From the NCBI GenBank assembly GCA_040289575.1, contig PSLL01000022.1:17920-41948 (forward strand): DNA of 24,029 nucleotides, in the 5' to 3' direction. Below are positions 16,502 to 24,029 of the stretch, one piece after another; positions within the stretch are counted from its first letter, which is position 1, and each line of letters opens with the position of its first letter. The notes beneath the pieces are model-generated. The model saw only the letters and a program-made list of their open reading frames with translations. It was not told the origin of the DNA and made no database searches. The DNA comes from Candidatus Dadabacteria bacterium. GTDB taxonomy: Bacteria; Desulfobacterota_D; UBA1144; Nemesobacterales; CSP1-2. Position numbers and translations under genes: made by a program.

Positions 16502-17791
16502 GTGCCAAATATCGTTGTGCTGGGCGCTCAGTGGGGAGATGAGGGAAAGGGAAGAATCGTTGACCTTATTGCCGATGGGGTTGATATTGTTGCGAGATAT
16601 CAGGGGGGAAGCAATGCGGGGCACACCATAGTAATCAATGGCAAGACACTGGTTCTTCATCATATTCCATCAGGAATCTTTCGTGAGGGCAAGCTTTCTG
16701 TGGTAGGAAACGGCGTGGTCGTAGACCCTAAAACTCTACTCGAAGAGATAGAAGAAATAAGATCGGCGGGATATATAGTGGATAAGGATAATCTCAAACT
16801 CAGCGATAGGGCGCATGTAGTTATGCCATATCACAAAGAGATTGATCTCGCGCGGGAAGAGAGAATGGGAGCGGGTAGAATTGGAACAACGGGAAGAGGC
16901 ATTGGTCCTGTATATGAAGACAAAGCAGCAAGACGGGGAATGCAGCTCTCGGATTTTATCCATCCCGAAGCCTTTTCACTTAGGCTCTGCTCAGTCCTTG
17001 AAGAGAGAAATCTCTATCTTACGACCGTTCTTGGAAGAAAGCCGCTCGAATTTAGGAAAATCTATGATGAATATCTCTCATACTGGGAAGAACTAAAAGG
17101 GTTCGTCACAGACACATCGAAGGTTCTAAATGATGCGATCTCTGCTGGAAAGAGCATTATGTTTGAAGGGGCACAGGGAATCCTTCTTGATGTGGACTTC
17201 GGTACTTATCCTTATGTGACATCATCAAGTGCCGGGGCTGGAGGGGCGTGCACCGGAACGGGCGTGAGTCCGACCAAGATTGACCTTGTGATAGGAGTGG
17301 CAAAGGCCTACACAACGAGGGTTGGGGAGGGGCCATTTCCATCGGAGGTTTCAGGGGATTTGGCTGTGAGGTTAAGAGAAGCCGGCGGCGAATACGGCTC
17401 AACTACGGGTAGACCGAGGAGATGCGGGTGGTTTGATTCTGTAGCGCTCAGATATGCGGCAAGAATAGGTGGAATCTCAGGGCTTGCCGTTACAAAGCTC
17501 GATGTCCTTTCCGGGTTCGATAAGATAAGAATCTGCATCGGTTATAGATACAAGGGTGAATTAATAACTGAGTTTCCATCAAACTCCGAGGTTCTTAAAA
17601 ACTGCGTTCCTGTTTATGAAGAGATAGATGGGTGGGCAGAGGATATATCCGACGTGAAAGACATATCCAACCTTCCACATCAAGCAAGGGTTTATCTGGA
17701 CAAGATAGAGGAGACCTCAGGAGTTCCTATATGGATTCTTTCCCTCGGAGCATCAAGGGAAAAGGTGATTTTTGTAAAAGACATGCCATAA
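16502..17791 (+). CDS. purA: Adenylosuccinate synthetase
   Basis: GAQWGDEGKG, GGSNAGHT, IGTTGRGIGP, FEGAQG, GTYPYVTSS, TTGRPRRCGWFD, TKLDVL; GTG start with GGGAGG SD. Confidence 0.98.
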   Translation: MPNIVVLGAQWGDEGKGRIVDLIADGVDIVARYQGGSNAGHTIVINGKTLVLHHIPSGIFREGKLSVVGNGVVVDPKTLLEEIEEIRSAGYIVDKDNLKLSDRAHVVMPYHKEIDLAREERMGAGRIGTTGRGIGPVYEDKAARRGMQLSDFIHPEAFSLRLCSVLEERNLYLTTVLGRKPLEFRKIYDEYLSYWEELKGFVTDTSKVLNDAISAGKSIMFEGAQGILLDVDFGTYPYVTSSSAGAGGACTGTGVSPTKIDLVIGVAKAYTTRVGEGPFPSEVSGDLAVRLREAGGEYGSTTGRPRRCGWFDSVALRYAARIGGISGLAVTKLDVLSGFDKIRICIGYRYKGELITEFPSNSEVLKNCVPVYEEIDGWAEDISDVKDISNLPHQARVYLDKIEETSGVPIWILSLGASREKVIFVKDMP

Positions 17792-17898
17792 GTCATGTGT
17801 AGATCCGGCATTCTCTTACTTTATGTAGAAATCATTATTTTGGCAAGTATTGTTATGTTATAAGGAAGGTTGTTATATTAGGATAGAGGTGGTGGGCT

Positions 17899-18528
17899 GT
17901 GCTTAAAATAAACGGGGTTATAATGCTAGGCTGGCTCGGACACGCAAGCTTTAAACTAAGGGCGCTTGAAAAGGTCATTTATTTTGACCCGTGGCAGATT
18001 AAAGATAATGAAGCGGCGGATTTAATCCTAATTACCCATTCTCATTTTGATCATCTTTCTCCAGACGATGTGAGGCGTATTCAGAAAAAAGAAACTGTGA
18101 TTGTAGCGACAAAGGATTCGACATCGAAATTAAAAGGAGATATAAGAACCATAAAGCCTGATGATAGGATTACAGTTGGTGATGTACAGATTGAAACCAT
18201 ACCAGCCTATAACATTGGGAAGAACTACCATCCTAAGATGAATGGGTGGGTGGGTTTCATAGTTACTATTGGTGGAGAAAGGATCTATCACGCAGGTGAT
18301 ACGGATGCAATTCCTGAGATGAAGAGGCTTAGTGTTGATGTTGCCCTTCTTCCAGTTGGTGGTACATACACGATGACAGCAGAAGAAGCCGCAGGGATTG
18401 CAAATGAATTTAAACCCGCAGTAGCAGTTCCTATGCACTGGGGCACAATTATCGGTTCAAAGTCGGATGCGGAGAGGTTTAAAGGACTCTTTATGGGAGA
18501 AACAAGTATTCTTCAACCGGAGCAGTAA
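17899..18528 (+). CDS. MBL-fold metallo-hydrolase (UlaG-like)
   Basis: WLGHASF, ITHSHFDH, YHAGDT, LPVGGTYTM, PMHWG. Confidence 0.9.
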   Translation: MLKINGVIMLGWLGHASFKLRALEKVIYFDPWQIKDNEAADLILITHSHFDHLSPDDVRRIQKKETVIVATKDSTSKLKGDIRTIKPDDRITVGDVQIETIPAYNIGKNYHPKMNGWVGFIVTIGGERIYHAGDTDAIPEMKRLSVDVALLPVGGTYTMTAEEAAGIANEFKPAVAVPMHWGTIIGSKSDAERFKGLFMGETSILQPEQ

Positions 18529-18579
18529 TTATGCAATCCTTTACAAGATACTAAAGGGTATAGTAAATTTAAACACACA

Positions 18580-18656
18580 CGGGGTGTAGCTCAGTTGGCT
18601 AGAGCGTTGCGTTCGGGACGCAGAGGCCGTGGGTTCAAGTCCCACCACCCCGACCA
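18580..18656 (+). tRNA. tRNA-Pro (anticodon CGG)
   Basis: Acceptor CGGGGTG/CACCCCG plus ACCA; D-arm AGCTCAGTTGGCTAGAGC; anticodon arm TTGCG-TTCGGGA-CGCAG; T-arm GTGGG-TTCAAGT-CCCAC. Confidence 0.97.
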
Positions 18657-18727
18657 ATTTTTTTCGAAGAAGAGCAGGTTGGTGAGACTCCTTATATTAG
18701 CTGCGTTTTCCAATATTAAATTGCCAA

Positions 18728-21700
18728 ATGTGATGTCAGAGTTGTGGGTTTGAGAATCCAGTTGGGTTCAAATTCTGTGGGGGATGCGGCAATTCCCTTA
18801 AAGAAGAACATTCAGAACCGGAGCGTCGTCAACTGACTGTGATGTTCTGCGACTTAGTGGACTCTACCGCCCTTTCACAGAGGCTAGACCCTGAAGAACT
18901 CCATGGACTTATACAGTCATACCAAAGGGTATGTTCGGATGTGATAAGCCGATTTGATGGGCACATTGCACAGTATCTAGGGGACGGTCTTTTAGTCTAT
19001 TTTGGTTATCCATTGGCTCATGAGGATGATGCACGGAGGGCAGTCAAAACAGGATTAGGAATCATAGAGGCTGTTGAACAATCGCCTCTGTTGAAGAAAG
19101 GATTAGAGTGGCCTCAGGTGAGAATAGGGATACACACAGGAATTGTTGTAATAGGGGAGATGGGTGGAGTGCAGAGGAGGAAGAGACTGGCTTTAGGGAA
19201 TACACCGAACATAGCATCACGAATACAAGGCACGGCCGAGCCTAACGCATTGGTAATTAGCTCATCTACATATCGTCTGGTGCATGGGTATTTCAGGTGC
19301 CAAGATATAGGAAATCGGGTACTTAAGGGTATCTCATCCCCTATCCATCTATTCAGGGTTATTGGTGAAAATGAATCCCGGAGTTGGATTGATATATCTC
19401 TCAGCAGAGGATTGACACCTCTCATTGGAAGGGATAGTGAATTGAATCTGGTTCTTAATTGCTGGGATGATGTTAAAAGGGGAGTGGGGCAGGTAGTGTT
19501 GATCAATGGAGAGCCGGGCATAGGTAAATCACGCCTCTTGAAGGAATTACAGGGGCACATAAGAAGAGAATCCTATATAAAGCTTGAATGTCGGTGTTTG
19601 CCCTATTATAAAAACAGTGCCCTTTATCCTATAATTGATCTTCCGCAGAGGCTACTTGGGCTTAAGAGAGAGGACTCGCTTGAGAGGAAGATTGACAGGC
19701 TCGAAGGAGTTCTTAAAGAGTATGGATTTCCTATTCATGAGGTGATTCCCCTTTTTGCCTCACTGCTTTCTCTACCGCTTCCCGACAGATATACACCTGT
19801 GAGCCTAACTCCTGAGAAGCAGAAACAGAGGATATTAGAAGCCCCGTCCGATTGGCTTATAAAGGTGTCTCAAAAACAGCCCGTACTGCTCATAGTAGAA
19901 GACCTCCAATGGGTTGACCCTTCAACTGTAGAGCTTTTGAACCTTCTTATAGAGCGTGAGCCAGCTTATCGCATATTGATTGCACTCATATTTCGTCCGG
20001 AATTTAATTCTCCTTGGGCTGTCCGTTCACATATAGTTAACCTTACGCTCAGCCGATTGGCTCAAAAGGATGTAAAAGTAATGATAGAAAATGTGACAGG
20101 AGGTAAACTCCTTCCATCCGAAGTGGTTGAGCAGATTATAGTCAAAACAGATGGGGTGCCCCTTTTTGTAGGGGAATTAACAAAGATGATTATTGAGTCG
20201 GGGCTTCTAAAAGAGGGGGATGAACGATATGAACTTACCGGTTCATTGCTTCCCTTTGCAATCCCTGCAACGCTTCAGGATTCTCTTATGGCAAGACTTG
20301 ACCACCTATCTACGGTCAAGGAGTTGGCACAACTGGGCGCCACATTGGGAAAGGAATTTAGTTTTGAGTTGATCAGGGCTGTCTCTTTTCTAGATGAAAC
20401 CATTCTGGAGAGGGATTTATCCCGGTTGGTAGAGTCGGAACTCCTATATCAAAGCGGCGTCGGACATCAGACCAGGTATTTCTTAAACACGTCCTGATTC
20501 GGGATGGGCATACAAATCAGTGCTAAAGGCCAAAAGGCAGCAATATCATAAGAGGATTGCCGAGGTTCTAGAAGATGGGTTTCCGGAAACCGCTCAGATT
20601 AAGCCGGAACTCTTGGTGCATCACTACACGGAGGCAGGCCTCACGGAGAAAGCAATCTTCTACTTGCAGAGGGCGGATCAGGGGACTGTAGAGCGCTCGC
20701 TAATATAGAGGCCATAAGAACCTTACAAAGGGGCTTGAGTTGCTCAAGACCCTGCCCGACACACCGGAGCGCGCACATCAGGAACTTATGCTCCAGATGG
20801 CACTGGCTACCATGCTTGTAATGACAAAGGGTCATGCAGCCCCGGAGGTAGAAAAAACATACATTAGAGCCCAGGAGCTGTGTCGTCGGATAGGAGAAAC
20901 TCCTCAGCTCTTTATGGCTCTGTGGGGGCTATGGAGGTTCTATGTGGTGAGGGCGGAGTTCCAGATGGCGCGTGAGCTGGCAGAGCAACTCTTCGGTGTA
21001 GTCAAGGGCATAGAGGACCCGGCGCTCCTAATTCAAGCATATTGTGTAGTGGGTGTAACCTCTTTCTTTATTGGAGAAGAGGTTGCCGCCAGATGATATC
21101 TGGAAAGGGCGATCAGCCTTTATGACCCGCAAATGTCATATTCCTCTCTTTATGGGGACGAACCCGGGGTTATCTGTTTATCTTATGAGTCGTGGGTCCT
21201 TTGGCTACTTGGCTATCCAGATCAGGCTCTTAGGAGAATAGGGGAGGCTATTTGCCTTGCTCAGAGGCTTTCTCAGCCCTTTAGCCTGGCGTATGCCCTA
21301 GATTTTGCCGCCGTTCTACACCACTTCCGCCGTGAGGAGGAGATGACGAAGGAGCGGGCGGAGGCTGTAATTGCGATCTCGACGGAGCATGGGTTCACGC
21401 TTTATTTGGCTCATGGAGCCATACTGCGTGGATGGGCACTAGCAGAGCAGGGGAGAATGGACAAGGGAATCGCTGAGATGCATCGGGGGCTTACAATCTG
21501 GCGAGCTACTGGAGCAGGGGTAGGGCAGCCATACTACCTTGCCCGTCTGGCTGAGTTGTATGGTAAATTGAGACAGATAGAAAAAGGGCTTACCACTTTT
21601 CATCAGGCCATTGACATTGCACGTATTCAGAGCGCAAAATCGTGAGAACTGCGCGCGGCAATGAGCTTGGGACGCCTTTGTCAGAGACAGGGAAGACGGG

Positions 21701-21804
21701 AAGAAGCCCGAAAAGTAGTTGCCGAGACCTATGGCTGGTTTACGGAAGGGTTTGGCACTAGGGACCTAAAGGAAGCAAAGGCGCTTATTGAGGAATTATT
21801 GTAA
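18728..21804 (+). pseudogene. Decayed zinc-ribbon / class III nucleotidyl cyclase / AAA ATPase / TPR protein
   Basis: M*CQSCGFENPVGFKFCGGCG, ERRQLTVMFCDLVDST, GDG, GEPGIGKSRL, ...KS*ELRAAMSL...WFTEGF. In-frame TGA at 18731, 21094 and 21643; inferred single-base losses near 20484, 20506, 20698 and 20718. Confidence 0.92.
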
Positions 21805-21953
21805 CATTAACTATCAAGAACGTTTCACACCCAGTTTTTAGGGTCAAAGGTGAAAAAATGCGAGATTCAGAAGAACCCTGTTTTTACGCTGTTTCTAGAA
21901 TAGCTGAGCTACTCGAAAATCCAAAATATATTGTAAATAAAGGGGAATCAAGC

Positions 21954-22079
21954 TGTGGATGATTTGTGGATAAAATTTAGAACTAAAAATAATGCCTCCC
22001 TAACCAATCCAAAAGATTAATTTTTATTTTAAAAAAGTTATCCACACCTGTGAAATCTTTATCCACAGGCTGTGGATGT
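21954..22079. promoter_or_regulatory. DnaA-box cluster (oriC-like or DnaA titration locus)
   Basis: Perfect boxes TGTGGATAA 21965-21973, TTATCCACA 22038-22046 and 22059-22067; near matches TGTGGATGA 21954-21962 and TGTGGATGT 22071-22079; AT-rich spacers. Confidence 0.88.
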
Positions 22080-22092
22080 TTCACGTGAAACA
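22077..22092. other. parS centromere-like ParB-binding site
   Basis: Perfect consensus palindrome TGTTTCACGTGAAACA. Confidence 0.93.
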
Positions 22093-22104
22093 TTTTCTAA
22101 GACC

Positions 22105-23664
22105 CTATTTCCCAATGCAAAATTTGCTAAATATCCGTCCAAGGACATCCTCCGCGGTGATTTCTCCTGTAATTTCCCCTAAAAAATTCATCGCAGACCT
22201 TAAATCAACAGCGAGAAATTCAGGGGATTCACCTCTTCTTATAGCCTCTAGGAATGTAATGAGATTCTCCCTTGCCTTTTCAATTGCCGTCTTATGTCTA
22301 AGTTCATTTATTATGACCTCATTTCCCTCAATATGGCTCTTTTTTCCAATTAGAATCTCGTAGATTTTATCCTTAAGCTCCTCTATGCCTGAACCTAGCT
22401 TTGCCGAGGTTTCTACAATCCTCTCTTTTGGCAGAATCCTGGCCAGATGCTCTTTCGACACCCTTTGGGGGAGGTCGGATTTATTTATAACCAGAATCCA
22501 TTTCCTATTATCCCGGTTCACTATATGAGGGGGTTTAAGCCCATCCTCTCCCTCATTATTCTTGTCTATTTTCATGTGTAGATCAGCCGATTCGATTGGG
22601 CTCGCCGAATCTTGAACACCGAATAGGTCGGGCTCGGTTAATGTTGTACCAAGTGCTATATTCCCTTGAATACTCTTTAAAACCTCAAAATCATCTTCGT
22701 CTAGCTTTGTGCTTCCGTCCACAACGGCGATTATTAGCTCGGCCTCCTCTGCCTTCTTTTTGGCAAACTCTACGCCCACCTTTTCAACCTCGTCTGTCGT
22801 AGCCCTGAGTCCTGCGGTATCTACAAGTCGGAGTGGTATTCCCCTTACATCTATGGTCTCCTCTATAAAATCCCTTGTTGTGCCGGGATATGGGCTTACT
22901 ATGGCCCTCTCTTTCATAACGAGCTGGTTGAGTAAACTCGATTTTCCCACATTCGGCTTTCCTATGATGGCTATATAAACCCCATGCTTAATAATGCGTC
23001 CCTGATCATAGGTAGCCAGAAGCTCATCCATCTTCTCTATAAGCTCATTAAGACGCCTTATCATAGTCTCTTTTATGATTGAGTCTATATCTTCCTCTGG
23101 GAAGTCTATATGCGCCTCTATCTCTGCCAGTGTATCCAGAAGGGTTTCTTTGAACCCATCAATCCTGCGTGAGAGAGCACCCTCAAGCTGGAGTTCTGCC
23201 TGCCTCAATCCCTCTTCTGTCTGCGCGTTTACCACATCCGCCACGGCTTCAGCCTGAGCGAGGTCTATCTTTCCATTTAAAAAGGCTCTTAGTGTAAACT
23301 CACCGGGTCGGGCGGGTCTCGCTCCGTGTTTAAAAATGAGATTAAGTATCCTTTTAGGAACTAAATACCCACCATGAGAGTGAATCTCCACAACATCCTC
23401 TCCCGTATATGAATGCGGGGATTTCATCAAAACGCAGAGGACTCTATCCAGTTTTTTCTCAGACTCAGGGTCGAATATATGACCCAAATAAAGCCTGTAA
23501 GATTCCATATCAGAGGCTCTACCCTTGCCCTCTCTTTTAAATACCCTTTCAAGTATCTGTATTGATTCCTTCCCGCTGATTCTTATTACAGCGATCCCAC
23601 CCCATCCGGGGGGGGTTGCAATCGCAGCAATTGTATCTTCATCGGGAAGATAAATTTGGGGCAT
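22105..23664 (-). CDS. mnmE: tRNA modification GTPase MnmE (TrmE) with a ~52-aa insertion
   Basis: DTIAAIATP, SYTGEDVVEIHSHGG, GKPNVGKSS, GTTRD, DTAG, NKSD, SAK, C-terminal FCIGK. Confidence 0.98.
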   Translation of the reverse strand: MPQIYLPDEDTIAAIATPPGWGGIAVIRISGKESIQILERVFKREGKGRASDMESYRLYLGHIFDPESEKKLDRVLCVLMKSPHSYTGEDVVEIHSHGGYLVPKRILNLIFKHGARPARPGEFTLRAFLNGKIDLAQAEAVADVVNAQTEEGLRQAELQLEGALSRRIDGFKETLLDTLAEIEAHIDFPEEDIDSIIKETMIRRLNELIEKMDELLATYDQGRIIKHGVYIAIIGKPNVGKSSLLNQLVMKERAIVSPYPGTTRDFIEETIDVRGIPLRLVDTAGLRATTDEVEKVGVEFAKKKAEEAELIIAVVDGSTKLDEDDFEVLKSIQGNIALGTTLTEPDLFGVQDSASPIESADLHMKIDKNNEGEDGLKPPHIVNRDNRKWILVINKSDLPQRVSKEHLARILPKERIVETSAKLGSGIEELKDKIYEILIGKKSHIEGNEVIINELRHKTAIEKARENLITFLEAIRRGESPEFLAVDLRSAMNFLGEITGEITAEDVLGRIFSKFCIGK

Positions 23665-23670
23665 AGCTTT

Positions 23671-23679
23671 ATTTTAACA
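23671..23679 (-). promoter_or_regulatory. Extended -10 promoter implying a leaderless mnmE mRNA
   Basis: Minus strand TGtTAAAAT, 6 nt, then ATG; no SD. Confidence 0.5.
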
Positions 23680-23772
23680 TATACTGAGTGGAGTAGGGCT
23701 TGGGCTGGATGGCTTCGCGAATCCAGTCAAGAGGTTTCTTGAGACGTTGTTCTCTAATTTTTCTTGAAACTG

Positions 23773-23802
23773 TTGACTTAAAGAGGCGTTTTTAACTATA
23801 CT
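23773..23802 (+). promoter_or_regulatory. Putative sigma70 promoter pointing to the right edge
   Basis: TTGACT 23773-23778, 18 bp spacer, TATACT 23797-23802. Confidence 0.5.
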
Positions 23803-23912
23803 CTTAAACAAGAGAAAAGGGAATGGACTTGTTCGCGTAATATGCCGAATAGGATTTTATGTGAACTGAAGTTCGTATATTTAATAGTTAGCGGGACAAT
23901 GATGGGACTCTC

Positions 23913-24029
23913 GTGGTGACAGAGATCAACGCACAGAAACAACGGAACCCCGAGGCTACGACCGTCGTCGTGGAGAAATTGCTGCCGGCGCTTGATGACG
24001 CCCGCAAGGACGCGTCTACCCGCCTGGAT
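23913..24029 (+). CDS. Partial GC-rich ORF of unknown product running off the window
   Basis: GTG 23913 is open to the end: (V)VTEINAQKQRNPEATTVVVEKLLPALDDARKDASTRLD; GC-rich third codon positions. Confidence 0.35.
   Translation, partial: MVTEINAQKQRNPEATTVVVEKLLPALDDARKDASTRLD

Noticed and set aside
18728..21804. All three in-frame stops in the cyclase gene are TGA, suggesting UGA recoding or selenocysteine
   Set aside because: lepA, trpE, hisZ, rpmH and tatC end normally at TGA, and the gene also has frameshifts; ordinary decay explains it.
21821..21830. parS half-site CGTTTCACAC (another, TGTTTCACG, near 5176 inside lepA)
   Set aside because: The second half of the palindrome is absent in both cases.
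18630..21900. Prophage or integrative element at tRNA-Pro
   Set aside because: No integrase and no duplicated tRNA 3' end (att site) seen downstream.
22076..22363. Track ORF starting MFHVKH
   Set aside because: This is the translation of the parS palindrome running antisense to mnmE, a known spurious ORF type.
261..23257. Many short antisense or alternate-frame ORFs in the track that overlap core genes
   Set aside because: No recognisable motifs; they are shadows of well-supported genes.

Overview
Mostly core chromosomal DNA from a moderately AT-rich bacterium. The gene content and the serA-hisZ-purA order are Deltaproteobacteria/Desulfobacterota-like (inference only). Left to right: thioredoxin-family gene, mscL, a small secreted protein, AmmeMemoRadiSam radical SAM gene, a scar of two back-to-back 5'-truncated fragments (HEPN-motif and VapC/PIN), a doubly frameshifted lepA, trpE-trpG-tadA, a zf-TFIIB protein, the minus-strand rpmH-rnpA-yidD-yidC-jag operon, tatA/tatC, serA-hisZ-purA, an MBL-fold hydrolase, tRNA-Pro(CGG), a decayed cyclase/AAA/TPR pseudogene, a DnaA-box cluster overlapping a perfect parS, and mnmE with an in-frame insertion. 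No CRISPR array, integrase, transposase or intact new multi-gene system is visible. Best leads: (1) an origin-type DnaA-box/parS locus with no dnaA in the window and a broken-up origin gene cluster; (2) a structured serA leader with mutually exclusive anti-Shine-Dalgarno pairings; (3) two lepA microdeletions that each hit a conserved GTPase motif; (4) two inverted copies of a composite ~100-120 bp MITE-like element, plus GTAG-type REPs, one possibly absorbed into the MnmE protein. All calls were made by eye; no searches or folding were run.
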